Of a stretch of 57,364 nucleotides of DNA, positions 18,195 through 28,589 are shown piece after piece. Made by a program: the position numbers and the translations under genes. The DNA is taken from IMG/VR virus record IMGVR_UViG_3300025382_000007, positions 1 through 57,364 of that record; one strand, 5' to 3'. The notes beneath the pieces were generated by a model. That model was not told where the DNA came from, searched no databases, and saw only the letters and a list, made by a program, of their open reading frames with translations. The DNA is from a virus. Taxonomy: Duplodnaviria; Caudoviricetes. How positions within the stretch are numbered: the stretch's first letter is position 1; every line of letters starts with the position of its first letter.

Positions 18195-19048
18195 AATACT
18201 CTCCCCGCATCGTCAGCTACACCACTGTCTGTTTTAGCTGGCATAATTTGACCATCTTCTTTTTTAATCTTCTTTTTCTTACCACCCTCGAGCATAGGCT
18301 CTGCAGCGTCTTCTTTTACAGAACGCTTCTTAGAGTAGTATGCTGCGAGAGCTTGTTTTTGACGCTCTTTCTTAGATTTACCAGCAAACTTAGGATTATC
18401 TGAATGAACGAAGTCGTGAATCCACTTTGAAGCTGGATCTTTAGATGTTAATACTTCGTCGATCTGAACGTCTTCTTTTGCAGTCGTTTTAATCATCTTT
18501 TGTCTCTGCGCGACGAAAGCGTGAGCTTTGTCTCTTAGAGTTTTGTTAGCAACCATACCGGTTTCGGTCTTACCGGTCTTATGAATAAGGTGCATACGGT
18601 CGCTGTGCGCTTTACGATCAGCTATAGATTCATCTACACTGACTTCTTCATCAACTTTTTTATCAAGCAGTAGATTCTTGCTCTTGCCAGTAGTACCAGA
18701 ACAGTCGTCTAGTCCGTGCATTGGACATTTAGTTCCAGCTGGTGACTCATTGCATGCAGCTGCTTCATTTACTTTCATCGCGTCTTTTAGATCTTTATAA
18801 CCTAAATGTTTATTTTTAGGATCAGACAGCGACGGCTTCTGCTTAGCTCCCGCAAAAACGTCAGGACCATTACCTGCTCTACTAGCATGCTTTTCTGTTT
18901 TATGAATTGATACGAACTCTTGATCGTCCGGTGCTTTTGGTTTGTAGTCCACACCAGGTTCAACGCCTGTAGAACCTGGTTCAACAGTTGACTTCTTAAC
19001 GCCTTCTAGACGTTTATCTTCTAAAATGACCTTAAGATGCTTTGCCAT
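18191..19048 (-). CDS. Prohead core/internal head protein (gp68 position)
   Basis: Charged, modular protein with repeated (V/I)xE motifs, between the gp67-like gene and gp21. Confidence 0.55.
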   Translation of the reverse strand: MAKHLKVILEDKRLEGVKKSTVEPGSTGVEPGVDYKPKAPDDQEFVSIHKTEKHASRAGNGPDVFAGAKQKPSLSDPKNKHLGYKDLKDAMKVNEAAACNESPAGTKCPMHGLDDCSGTTGKSKNLLLDKKVDEEVSVDESIADRKAHSDRMHLIHKTGKTETGMVANKTLRDKAHAFVAQRQKMIKTTAKEDVQIDEVLTSKDPASKWIHDFVHSDNPKFAGKSKKERQKQALAAYYSKKRSVKEDAAEPMLEGGKKKKIKKEDGQIMPAKTDSGVADDAGRVL

Positions 19049-19050
19049 TC

Positions 19051-19242
19051 TTATTCTTCCTCTGGTTCTCCGACTTCAACGTTATTAAACATTGAAGCTG
19101 CAATTTCTTGTTTTCTATCCTCTACTGCACCTCTGATTCTGTCTAATAACAATGAGTTAAACGTGTTCTCAAACTCAATTGGTTGCTGTTCAGAAGCATT
19201 AGAGATTAAATCTTGTATAGTATATTTATCGAGATCAGACAT
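19051..19242 (-). CDS. gp67: Prohead core protein (gp67-like)
   Basis: Small acidic ORF after portal; F..LL.DRI..A.E..KQEIA..MF pattern. Confidence 0.65.
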   Translation of the reverse strand: MSDLDKYTIQDLISNASEQQPIEFENTFNSLLLDRIRGAVEDRKQEIAASMFNNVEVGEPEEE

Positions 19243-19255
19243 TTAATTTCTCCAA

Positions 19256-21058
19256 TTATTGACCACCAGTTGCTGCTGATTTAGGTAGACCGATTGATTG
19301 CACAATATCTTGATTTTTTGCTAGCAATTGGACAGCGGCTTTATATTTTGATTCATCTTGCATAGAACGATTTGTTTTACCTTTTTCTTTCATCTGTTTA
19401 ACGAATATAAGAGCGTTTCTAATTTCTTCCATCTTTTTACTGTCTTCAGGAGACTGATCTTCATCACCTTGTTGTTGCTCATCTTGAGCCTGCTGCATCT
19501 GCTGGTTTTGCATATCCATCTGTTGTTGCATTTGGACATTCTGCTCGATAGCTGGATTTAACCATCTTGGCTCTTGTGAATTATCTTCTTTCTTTATCTG
19601 CTTATCTTCTTCTTTAATATCTTCATCAGACTGCATAAGGACGTTCTTGCGTACCCACTCGTGCGAATAGTATTTACCAGTAACTTCCTGCATAGACACC
19701 GCTAGTTGAACTCTGTTTTGAGTTATCTCTGCGTTCTTTAATTCTGTGAAGTAATTATCTTTAGCATAGTCGAATTTAATAAGATTAGCAATCTTATGCC
19801 AATCTTCTACTGTCATAATACCTTTGAGCACAAGTTGCTTTTCTAACATCTTAAGGAATAATAGAGTAAATTTAGCTCTTAATCTAATAACAAATCTAGC
19901 AAATTTTAATTCATCGCGTGTAATTTCAGTAGCACGACCTAATGAAAATAATGCATCTGAATTAAGTCTAGATACTGGAACATTGAGACAGTTTAAGAAT
20001 TTCTTTTGAAAGTATAGAACATCATCCATCTGACCTAATGTTTGACCACCAGGAAGTGTTGTTACTTCAGTTCCACGCCCGCCTTCTCTTCTTGGGAGCC
20101 AGTAGTCTTCAAGCATAGTCATAAACTTACGATCGTCTCTTACTTCACCGGTATTGCCGTCGTATATAAGTCTGTTCTTATGTTTAACCATAATATCGCG
20201 AACGTACTGCTCAGCCTTCATCTTTGGTAGATTACCAACATCAATGTACCAGATACGACGTTCAGGAGCGCGCGATAGTCTATAAATTACTAACGCATCT
20301 TCTAGCGTGCGAAGCTGATTTAGCGCTTTAATAGCTTTATGAAGATAAGAAAGAACCATTGTTCCTTGGTTATCAGTAAGACCAGAAACGATATGTAGAA
20401 TAGAATCTTTAGCGATCTTTAAACCGGTTGTTGATGGACCTACGACTTTATTACCATAGTTAAAACCTTTATCATTAAAGATAAAGTATTCATTGACTAC
20501 TTTAGAAATTGATGCATCACCAGGATTTTCTGAAGCGACTCTTTTCTTTGAAATTTCTCTAACTTTACGGATCTTACGAGGATCGATATATCTTACTTCT
20601 TTAATACCAGCTTTGATATCTTTTGGATCCACAATAACATGATAATATAATCTTCCATCCACGTACCAACGACGAAATATCTCATATGCATGATTTTTAA
20701 AATCTAAAATCTTTAGACAATTATTGAATTCATCAGTGATTGCATTTTTAACATTCTCTGAGAGCTGGATATCATCTAAATCAATAGTGACAATATCATC
20801 GTCGTCAATAGATATAGATTCATTGATAATCTCATCGACTGCAGCATCACACTCTGGATGGAGTGACATTTCACGATATTTTGTTACTAATTCTGCTTCT
20901 GTTCGAACAGTACCATCAAGATCTACATATGTACCATATGCACCACCTGCAGCAATGACAACAGCTCCATCGTCTGACTCTTTAGGAGTAAATGATGGAA
21001 TTGGATCTTGATCTTGAGTTTTGCGCTTGAATTCAAATCCGAATAAGGATACTGCCAT
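19256..21058 (-). CDS. gp20: Portal protein
   Basis: WYVDGRLYYH, RAPERRIWYIDVGNLPK.KAEQY, EDYWLPRREGGRGTE. Confidence 0.98.
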   Translation of the reverse strand: MAVSLFGFEFKRKTQDQDPIPSFTPKESDDGAVVIAAGGAYGTYVDLDGTVRTEAELVTKYREMSLHPECDAAVDEIINESISIDDDDIVTIDLDDIQLSENVKNAITDEFNNCLKILDFKNHAYEIFRRWYVDGRLYYHVIVDPKDIKAGIKEVRYIDPRKIRKVREISKKRVASENPGDASISKVVNEYFIFNDKGFNYGNKVVGPSTTGLKIAKDSILHIVSGLTDNQGTMVLSYLHKAIKALNQLRTLEDALVIYRLSRAPERRIWYIDVGNLPKMKAEQYVRDIMVKHKNRLIYDGNTGEVRDDRKFMTMLEDYWLPRREGGRGTEVTTLPGGQTLGQMDDVLYFQKKFLNCLNVPVSRLNSDALFSLGRATEITRDELKFARFVIRLRAKFTLLFLKMLEKQLVLKGIMTVEDWHKIANLIKFDYAKDNYFTELKNAEITQNRVQLAVSMQEVTGKYYSHEWVRKNVLMQSDEDIKEEDKQIKKEDNSQEPRWLNPAIEQNVQMQQQMDMQNQQMQQAQDEQQQGDEDQSPEDSKKMEEIRNALIFVKQMKEKGKTNRSMQDESKYKAAVQLLAKNQDIVQSIGLPKSAATGGQ

Positions 21059-21074
21059 TTAATTCTCCAAATAC

Positions 21075-21095
21075 GAGGGGAGAATAACTCCCCTC
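21075..21095 (-). terminator. GC hairpin between gp19 and gp20 (terminator or processing/stability structure)
   Basis: GAGGGGAG-TTATT-CTCCCCTC with only a weak U tract. Confidence 0.55.
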
Positions 21096-21112
21096 TTGTC
21101 AAAGTATAAAAA

Positions 21113-21120
21113 TATTTATA
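21113..21120 (-). promoter_or_regulatory. Late promoter for gp20
   Basis: TATAAATA just after the gp19 stop. Confidence 0.8.
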
Positions 21121-21122
21121 TC

Positions 21123-21737
21123 TTAAGCTGGACCAAGTGGTCCGTCAGATACTGCACGATTACCATAAAGATTTACGCCACCAGCTTTAAATGCTGATGA
21201 TTCAACATTTGGTAACCAATAATCATATGAGAAAGTTACAGCAAATTCTTCAACAGCGTTAGTTGAATTCCAATCGAGTGGAATAGCGTCAATGACTGTT
21301 GGGAAAGCACCGACTAAGTAGTATGATCTTAGCTCTGAACCATCTTTGCCATATTGGATGACTTCGATCTGTGTTTTATAAAGTTCACCATCTACAGCTG
21401 GATCGCGAACGTTAGCGACCATACGATTGATAGCGTTTGACCAAGCCTCAAACAACGAGCGAACAGCAAAATCTTCGTCGTTCATGATAGTCACGCGCCA
21501 GTCAGCAAAAGTTCTATCACCAGCTATTTTAATCTTTCTTCCAAAATAAGGAACGTCGAAAGAAGCGATTTCTGAAGCTGGTAGCTCAGAAGCACGTGCT
21601 ACAAAGCTAAACTTCTGAACTGATACGTTATCAATACCAATACCTGCAGGTGGAAATAATCTAATGTTGAATAGTGATGGTCTGGCACCACCGTATACCA
21701 GACCATTTGCTTTGAAGGCGTCTATATTAAATGGCAT
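21123..21737 (-). CDS. gp19: Tail tube protein
   Basis: GGARPSLF, YFGRKIKIAGDRTF..W..TIMNDEDF. Confidence 0.95.
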   Translation of the reverse strand: MPFNIDAFKANGLVYGGARPSLFNIRLFPPAGIGIDNVSVQKFSFVARASELPASEIASFDVPYFGRKIKIAGDRTFADWRVTIMNDEDFAVRSLFEAWSNAINRMVANVRDPAVDGELYKTQIEVIQYGKDGSELRSYYLVGAFPTVIDAIPLDWNSTNAVEEFAVTFSYDYWLPNVESSAFKAGGVNLYGNRAVSDGPLGPA

Positions 21738-21768
21738 CTTTGTACTCCCTTAGAGTTTTATTTATTTA

Positions 21769-24075
21769 TTAAAACTGGCCAACGACCTGAGAGAACTGAA
21801 CACCAGTTCCAACAGCGATGAAGTTAAGCTGAATGAAGTTGATGCTTCTTGCTGGCTTAATATAGATATCGCCCACGAACTGATTTGAATCAATTATCTG
21901 AGGAGTATTGTTAGTCTCATCGCAGACTACTAAGAAGTCAGTGATACCACGACGACCTTGAATAGTTCTAAGATATGGAGTTACTAGATTCTTAAATTGA
22001 GCTCTAGTAAACGAATCGTTGAACTCGAATAGAGAGTATTTAGCAGCCTGAGATATCGCCTTTTCTAGGACAATGAATAGTCTGCGAACATTGATTCTAT
22101 CGAATGCAGATGGTTTTGATTGTAGAGTCTTGTCACCGAATAGAACAGTACCTTGACCAGGGAAAGTTACTACAGGATTAATACCATTAACATATATAAG
22201 ATCTCTATCAGTGCGTTTTGGATTATATGCTAGTTTAACAAGGTTCTTGATCTGACCGCGATTGAAACCAGCTGGTGACCACCAAGCGTCGTTAGTATGA
22301 TCAGTTCTTGCCATTAGACCAGCAATATCGCCGTTTAATGGAAGCCAACGATAGATATCATTATAGCGATCATACTGATACTTATATCCAGAGTCTAGAA
22401 CAGCGTATGAACTATCATGGATAGCGTTTCTCCAGTTAACAAGACCAGTTGACTGAAGACCATAGCTATTTAAAGTTATTGACTTATCAGGAGAGATTGC
22501 AACAACACAGTCTTTTCTGCTCTCAATTATGTTATCAATGATATAATTAGCTAGAAGATAATTAGTGATTGTTTGACCATTTACTACTGTAGTACCACCT
22601 AATGGACGACCCTGAAGAATGATTGAAATATCAACATCTTCTTTTGAAGCAAATTGATCATAACCTGTAGCAAGTGTTGATAGATCAACACTTCCTTCAG
22701 CAAGACCATCTGAACCAAGAGCAAACTGGTAATTACCAGGAGCTGATGATGATGATGATACTAGATTCATAGCGGTATTTGATGGAGCTAAACCTCTATC
22801 GTTTGCCCACCAGATATAAGCTGAATTCTGATTAAGAACATTAACATAGTAGTTAGTGCTGCCATCAGCAGTCTGGGCGTCAGTAGCTCTTGAAAGGCCT
22901 TTAAATGTTTCAAGAATAGTTCCAGGTGTACCTGTAAATAAGCCACCATTATCAACAACAACCACATGAAGCTCATCTTTAGCAGCAGTATTACCATTAT
23001 ACTGTTGCCAACGTGATTGACCTGGAGCAGTTCCAACTGCATTAAAGAATTCCCAATTTCTGCTAACAACATTAGAAGAATAATTTGAAGATAATCTATA
23101 TGGAACTTGGAAATTCAATGTTACAGATGAACCAGTACCGTTTGTTGATACGTTAGAAACACTAGTAACCTGCATATATTGTAGGTTGATTGATGTATTA
23201 CCAAACTGTAACTGATCACCGATCTGAATCTGTGATACGACATTAGCTGCGTAAACACCTGAAGTATCACCGATAAATGATAGAGCTGCTGCATTAGAAC
23301 CAACAGCGATGACTACGTTACCAGTAATAACGTTATTTGGTGTAAGAGCAATGTTTGAAGAATAAGAAGTAGCGTTATCTACAACTGATACTCTAATAGA
23401 ATTACCAATAGCGCCAGGATATTTTGCAATATACTGTACACCATTCTGGAAATTACCGGAAGAAATAGTAGTTTGATAATCAACTTCATTAGTGATAATC
23501 TGATTAACTAGATTAGAAACAAAAGTTCCTGATTCTAAACCAAGAGCAGAATAGTTAGTCTGTGGCCAACCAAAATAAAGGTTAGCAGAAGTACTAGTAT
23601 TTGCTGATGTTGATAATTGAATAGCAGTTGAGTTAATTACTTGTGTAACAGTCGTAGTTGCAGCTGCAGTAACAACGTTAGGATTAGCTGTTTGAGTAAC
23701 ATACATACCTGATGAGATGCCGCTAGTATTACCAGAAACGACAATAAAGATGTTATTGGAAACTGTGTTACTGACTGTATTAGCAAAGAAGCTCTGTGAG
23801 GCTACTGCGCCAGAAGTATTAGCTGCGCGAACCACATAAAGAGCGTCGGTATATGATAAGAAGTTAGCGGCAGTGAAGAATGTTTCTGCATTATAGTTAG
23901 TTGGATAACCAAATCTTTTAACAAGATTAGTTTCTGAATCGATTAGAACTCTTTCACCAACTGGACCCCAACGGAAAAGACCAGCGATAGCACCAGTTGA
24001 AGTTGCAACTGCAGGTACTATAGTAGTTAGGTCAATTTCGGTAACATTTACACCTGGACTAAGTAAAGTAGCCAT
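21769..24075 (-). CDS. gp18: Tail sheath protein
   Basis: LSPGVNVTEIDLT, WWSPAGFNRG, FDRINVRRLF, YIKPARSINFI. Confidence 0.98.
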   Translation of the reverse strand: MATLLSPGVNVTEIDLTTIVPAVATSTGAIAGLFRWGPVGERVLIDSETNLVKRFGYPTNYNAETFFTAANFLSYTDALYVVRAANTSGAVASQSFFANTVSNTVSNNIFIVVSGNTSGISSGMYVTQTANPNVVTAAATTTVTQVINSTAIQLSTSANTSTSANLYFGWPQTNYSALGLESGTFVSNLVNQIITNEVDYQTTISSGNFQNGVQYIAKYPGAIGNSIRVSVVDNATSYSSNIALTPNNVITGNVVIAVGSNAAALSFIGDTSGVYAANVVSQIQIGDQLQFGNTSINLQYMQVTSVSNVSTNGTGSSVTLNFQVPYRLSSNYSSNVVSRNWEFFNAVGTAPGQSRWQQYNGNTAAKDELHVVVVDNGGLFTGTPGTILETFKGLSRATDAQTADGSTNYYVNVLNQNSAYIWWANDRGLAPSNTAMNLVSSSSSAPGNYQFALGSDGLAEGSVDLSTLATGYDQFASKEDVDISIILQGRPLGGTTVVNGQTITNYLLANYIIDNIIESRKDCVVAISPDKSITLNSYGLQSTGLVNWRNAIHDSSYAVLDSGYKYQYDRYNDIYRWLPLNGDIAGLMARTDHTNDAWWSPAGFNRGQIKNLVKLAYNPKRTDRDLIYVNGINPVVTFPGQGTVLFGDKTLQSKPSAFDRINVRRLFIVLEKAISQAAKYSLFEFNDSFTRAQFKNLVTPYLRTIQGRRGITDFLVVCDETNNTPQIIDSNQFVGDIYIKPARSINFIQLNFIAVGTGVQFSQVVGQF

Positions 24076-24089
24076 TTTTATCTCCTTTT

Positions 24090-24138
24090 AGACAAGAATT
24101 AATACACCAAATTTAGATATATTTATTAATTCTTGTCT
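24090..24138. repeat. 15-bp perfect inverted repeat between gp17 and gp18
   Basis: agacaagaattaata (24090-24104) / tattaattcttgtct (24124-24138); overlaps a late-promoter-like AATAAATA. Confidence 0.8.
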
Positions 24139-24145
24139 TTTATCG

Positions 24146-25789
24146 TTAGAAGTCGTGTTGTTCTTGCCACATCCACGCATCAGGATGATATTTCACATAT
24201 TCTTCATCGACGAAACCATCTCTTCCATCAAGCATGAATCCAAAGGGGGCCATATCTTGTTCCATGTCCTCCTCAGTTTTGTCTCTTAAAGAATTCAAGG
24301 TATTAATATTAGTATAATCCTTGAAATATTGTTGTTCGGAAAGCCAAGCGAAAAGCACTAGACACATAACCAGATCATCGTGCTTACCAGGTTCTGCTTC
24401 ATAAGAATTTCCTTTCTTAGAGAACGTTGATAACTCGTTGATCGTATGGAAGTCGTTAACAATAAATTGGTTTTGTTCTATTAATAATTTTAAAATAGAG
24501 CAACCAACAGACTTAACAACCTTAGTAGTTCTGATGCCTTTATCGACAGCAGTTCCACCAAAGCCACCGGTGATCCTTTTACCAGATCGTCCGGCGTTTT
24601 CTGTGAACAATACATTTTCATAGCCAAAATCATAGTGTAAAGAGTGCGAAACCTGTTCACCGATGTCATTGACTTCAACCAGAACAGAAGCATTATTATA
24701 TGCTTTCGCTACTCTATGGATTACCTCAGCATAGTCTACAGGCGTAACTGCGTTATTTCTGTATACGCATGTCTGCTGATAAGGCATTCTAGATACGTTA
24801 AGTAGCTGGAACGCTGAGTAATCCAAACCTTTACCTCGAGAAACGTCGCAGACCATCATATAAACGTTATCTTTCTCGGGTTGAAAATATTGTATTAGAC
24901 CTTCTTTCTCTACCATTGGCGCTTGATGAACTAATTCTTTTAGCTTCCAGCCGGAAATGAGAGTTCCGGAAGAGCCTAGGAATTCACAATTATATTCTTG
25001 ATTGAACTTCTCTAAATCAAAGTTCATACCTGCTATAGTATTCTTTTTCCATTCTTCGTCTCTACCAGGAACCTTTTGCCAATGTACAAGAATTGGATTA
25101 TATCCATTTCTTCCTTCTTGTGCATTTGCCCATGTAGCATAAAAGTGATTAAGACCATTTGGTGTAGAGACAAGTATGATCTTTGACTCAGTACCAGAAG
25201 AGATCGTAGGATAAACTGATGTAAAGAATTCGTCCCAATTATCGATAAACGCGGCTTCGTCGATGAATAGTAGATTAATAGAATAACCACGAATTGCAGA
25301 TGCAGATGTCGCTGCGGCTATAACCCTAGAGTTATTTTCTAGAACAAATGATCCTTTATTCCATTCTACGACACCCTGTTGGAGCCACTTAGGTAGATGC
25401 TGATACGCTAATTGGACACGCCCAAGAATTTCTCTAGCCGTATCACCTTTGTTAGCTAGTAATGCTACAGTTTTTTCTGGTTGAAATATGATGTACCAAA
25501 GAATAAATGCACAGGTGGTTGTTGATTTACCAGCCTGACGAGCAGTAGTTACTATACTATATCTATTGTCTTTAAATGAATTGACCATTTCTTTCTGATA
25601 ATCATATAGTTTAAAATTAACAAGACCTTCATCAACGTTAATAATTTTCATATATGTTTCAGTAAAATATACAGGATCTTTAGAACACTTTATATATTCT
25701 TGAATTAATTCTTCAGTCCATTCTATAGATTGATTTGATTTCTTTAGTAGGACATTACCTTTATATCCTTTAAATTCAAACTCACTCAT
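24146..25789 (-). CDS. gp17: Terminase large subunit
   Basis: ARQAGKST Walker A, FIDEAAF, STPNG, DVSRG.G.DYS, HDDLVM. Confidence 0.99.
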   Translation of the reverse strand: MSEFEFKGYKGNVLLKKSNQSIEWTEELIQEYIKCSKDPVYFTETYMKIINVDEGLVNFKLYDYQKEMVNSFKDNRYSIVTTARQAGKSTTTCAFILWYIIFQPEKTVALLANKGDTAREILGRVQLAYQHLPKWLQQGVVEWNKGSFVLENNSRVIAAATSASAIRGYSINLLFIDEAAFIDNWDEFFTSVYPTISSGTESKIILVSTPNGLNHFYATWANAQEGRNGYNPILVHWQKVPGRDEEWKKNTIAGMNFDLEKFNQEYNCEFLGSSGTLISGWKLKELVHQAPMVEKEGLIQYFQPEKDNVYMMVCDVSRGKGLDYSAFQLLNVSRMPYQQTCVYRNNAVTPVDYAEVIHRVAKAYNNASVLVEVNDIGEQVSHSLHYDFGYENVLFTENAGRSGKRITGGFGGTAVDKGIRTTKVVKSVGCSILKLLIEQNQFIVNDFHTINELSTFSKKGNSYEAEPGKHDDLVMCLVLFAWLSEQQYFKDYTNINTLNSLRDKTEEDMEQDMAPFGFMLDGRDGFVDEEYVKYHPDAWMWQEQHDF

Positions 25790-26201
25790 TATTCTTCATA
25801 TCTTTCAATACTTTTTGTAACTCTGCTGTTGAGCCGACAAACAGGTTATTAGTTACTGACTTGGCCTGCTCGTTCATTGGAGAATCAGCATGTCTAATTT
25901 CTCTTATTTTCTCTTGCATATCTAACAGTTTCTCATTAGCCTGGATCATAGTATCCATGAGCTTTGCATATACTTCAAACGCGCGAGGATGCTGACTAGA
26001 AGACGCTATCTCTGCCAGTTTGAACATCGCTTCTTTACCATCGTTGATCATTTCGTGTAAGTTTGCCCTTGCTGTCTCGAAATCTTTTGACGCAGAATCA
26101 TCATGACTTTCGATCAACATCTTGTCTATTACATCAATTTTATTTTCCAATGGTTCCAAACCCAACGTTTTTCCGATGGGATCTTCATCATCATCTTGCA
26201 T
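25782..26201 (-). CDS. gp16: Terminase small subunit
   Basis: HPRAFEV, NNLFVGSTAELQK; first ATG at 26201. Confidence 0.93.
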   Translation of the reverse strand: MQDDDEDPIGKTLGLEPLENKIDVIDKMLIESHDDSASKDFETARANLHEMINDGKEAMFKLAEIASSSQHPRAFEVYAKLMDTMIQANEKLLDMQEKIREIRHADSPMNEQAKSVTNNLFVGSTAELQKVLKDMKNNE

Positions 26202-26217
26202 TATTTTATCCAATCAA

Positions 26218-27186
26218 TTATGTTTTCTCAATATATGAAGTATCAATCGTTACGCTACTGTCTACTGTTATTGTAATAAGATCACCAGTCAACTGTACTG
26301 TAGAAACTACAGAATTATTTTCAGCTGCTATATCATAGATCTGTGTAATAAATCCATAGTCGTCTGACGCCTGTATTTCTTGATACGGGACTGTGCCTGT
26401 ATTAGTGTTTGCTCTACCACTGTAATTTATAGGTTGTCCAGTATTAGATAGACCAGGCTGCACTGTAAATTTATACTCAGATGAGCTATTACCTACTGCT
26501 GATGGTAGCTGACCATCGGCGACTGGTGGAATAAAGAAATCAACATTGACAAATTTGATAACACCAGATTTCTTTACTGGTCCATAGATATAGCCTTTTA
26601 CGACCATATCCAGAGTCCATATTATCTGCCTTCTATCTTTTAAATCTCCTTCATAGTTGTCTTCATACGATATATCAGTGAGTACTACCGGTATATCCAT
26701 AGTTATATTCATTTCTGGAATGAGTTTTACTCTTGTCGTCCAGTCAGGAGTAAAATACGGAAGTATCTGTTCGATGATCTTTGTGCCGTCTTCGACATTC
26801 TTAGTATATATATGAACTTTAAAGTCTATGTTATATGGAACTGGGTTGTACTGGTATCTAAATATACTCTGCTCTGTCGTTAGATCGCTTTTATTTGATA
26901 CTTTACCGATCGTATGAAGCTTTCTTGTGCCATCGTATGACATCTTTCCCATCTCAAAAGATATCATTGGTAGAGGAAAAGTAGCAGTAGGTCTGTCTAT
27001 GTTAGGGTCTTGAAACACACGAGCGAGCATCTTGTCTTTTGGCCCGTACGTGATAGGAACTCTTACTAATGATACTTCATTGTTTGATTTTGGATCTGTC
27101 TTTACGACGCAAATGTCGTTGAATAGCGTTCCAACAAGAATAACATATTTACGAATAGTTGAGAAGTAAAAAGTCTGGCCGAACAT
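26218..27186 (-). CDS. gp15: Tail sheath stabilizer/completion protein
   Basis: FY..TIRKY, VPITYGPK, PVPYN, EQILPYF.P. Confidence 0.93.
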   Translation of the reverse strand: MFGQTFYFSTIRKYVILVGTLFNDICVVKTDPKSNNEVSLVRVPITYGPKDKMLARVFQDPNIDRPTATFPLPMISFEMGKMSYDGTRKLHTIGKVSNKSDLTTEQSIFRYQYNPVPYNIDFKVHIYTKNVEDGTKIIEQILPYFTPDWTTRVKLIPEMNITMDIPVVLTDISYEDNYEGDLKDRRQIIWTLDMVVKGYIYGPVKKSGVIKFVNVDFFIPPVADGQLPSAVGNSSSEYKFTVQPGLSNTGQPINYSGRANTNTGTVPYQEIQASDDYGFITQIYDIAAENNSVVSTVQLTGDLITITVDSSVTIDTSYIEKT

Positions 27187-27908
27187 TATATGTTACCCAA
27201 ACTAAACGGATCAGTTATAGAGAAGTCTACAAACGAGTTTGATTCTTTTTGTATTTGTTTTGAATCATCAGACACGACAAGATCTGAAGTAGATGAACCT
27301 TCTAATACTAGATAATCTCCATCTTCTGTTAAAATCATATTACCTGTTTGATCTTTAATAGTCCAATCGATAGCGTTGATGTCGAACTTAGTTTGAAGCG
27401 CATCGATCTCTGGGATACCTGTTGATATTCTCTCGTTAGAATATTCAAACAACTCGCACGTCATCTTCCATAGATACAGCGCACCTAATGGATAATACAT
27501 CTCAAATTTATCAGTATATTTGATTTGAAAACATTTCTTGTTCAGTGGAAAGAATATAAGATCGCCTTCGTTTGGTCTTAGCTGAGTCGTTATATTTCCA
27601 ACTTCGTTATCAAATATTCTCATTGCGACTGCGAAAGTAACTTGATCTCTAATCTCGATGCCAAACTTTGACATGAAATTACCGTCACCCTTGAACCCAT
27701 CATAGGATTCAATATACATCTCTAGAAGAATAGCCTGTTCGTATGATGACTGATCGTCAGCACCATATACGTCGTCATAGTGATTTAACTTACGTGGGAT
27801 GTAATATACGTCGTTACCATAGATCCTTATTGATTCTATGATAAGATTATTTAACAGATCTTGCTCTTGAGAAGCACCGAAGTTGTTAAAGAATACGCTC
27901 GTTGCCAT
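27186..27908 (-). CDS. gp14: Neck protein
   Basis: ESI..YG.DVYYIPR, SKFG, RPNEGDLIFFP. Confidence 0.93.
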   Translation of the reverse strand: MATSVFFNNFGASQEQDLLNNLIIESIRIYGNDVYYIPRKLNHYDDVYGADDQSSYEQAILLEMYIESYDGFKGDGNFMSKFGIEIRDQVTFAVAMRIFDNEVGNITTQLRPNEGDLIFFPLNKKCFQIKYTDKFEMYYPLGALYLWKMTCELFEYSNERISTGIPEIDALQTKFDINAIDWTIKDQTGNMILTEDGDYLVLEGSSTSDLVVSDDSKQIQKESNSFVDFSITDPFSLGNI

Positions 27909-27914
27909 TAACTA

Positions 27915-28586
27915 TTATCTCTTTTTACATCTCTCGTTGTGATATCTTCCTATATTACCAGGATTACCAATGAAATCACAATAAGTGCACTTAATTTTTT
28001 TATTATTTATATCATTAAAAACTGTGGTACATTTTATCTTATTTCTGTGCTCATCAGATAATGGCTTTCCTCTTCTCATCTCAGCAGAAATTGCTATAGC
28101 CTTTGAATTATCTTTTCCTTTATTCTTACCCATCATAGAAGCACTTCTTTTTTCTCTTACTTCTATTTCAGAAGATCTATTATCTCTAGTCTTAAGACCT
28201 TTTAGATATCGTTCTCTAACTTCTGGATTCTGCATCGCTTCTTTTGTCTTTATCGATATCTTTTCTTTGATAGATAATTTATTTAAATTATTTTCTTCAC
28301 TCCAATGACCAAATTTATGATTGCGAAGATTGTAGTATCGTTTACCTAATTCTTCTTTATTTATTAAAGATAGCCAATGATGCTCAACTAAATATAGTTC
28401 TTCTTTAGTTTTAATATTAGATATAATTATGCGGCGTTTAAAATCATTTGTTCTTTTTTTATACGCTCTATTCATCCAACCAGAAGAGCATATATATCCA
28501 TCGTCTATAGTTCCAAAATGAGCGCCAACATAATATCTTTTGTGTTTCTTATCTAACCAAATATATATAAATCCATATTTTTCCAT
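27915..28586 (-). CDS. Free-standing GIY-YIG (Seg-like) homing endonuclease
   Basis: YGFIY...YYVG.H....DGYICSS, E, YYN; NUMOD-like LSDEHR and C-terminal CxxC. Confidence 0.88.
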   Translation of the reverse strand: MEKYGFIYIWLDKKHKRYYVGAHFGTIDDGYICSSGWMNRAYKKRTNDFKRRIIISNIKTKEELYLVEHHWLSLINKEELGKRYYNLRNHKFGHWSEENNLNKLSIKEKISIKTKEAMQNPEVRERYLKGLKTRDNRSSEIEVREKRSASMMGKNKGKDNSKAIAISAEMRRGKPLSDEHRNKIKCTTVFNDINNKKIKCTYCDFIGNPGNIGRYHNERCKKR

Positions 28587-28589
28587 TTT

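Noticed and set aside
14663-25789. Introns or inteins in gp17, gp18, gp20 or gp23
   Set aside because: The ORFs are continuous with no intein motifs; the extra length in gp18 is an N/S/T-rich insertion.
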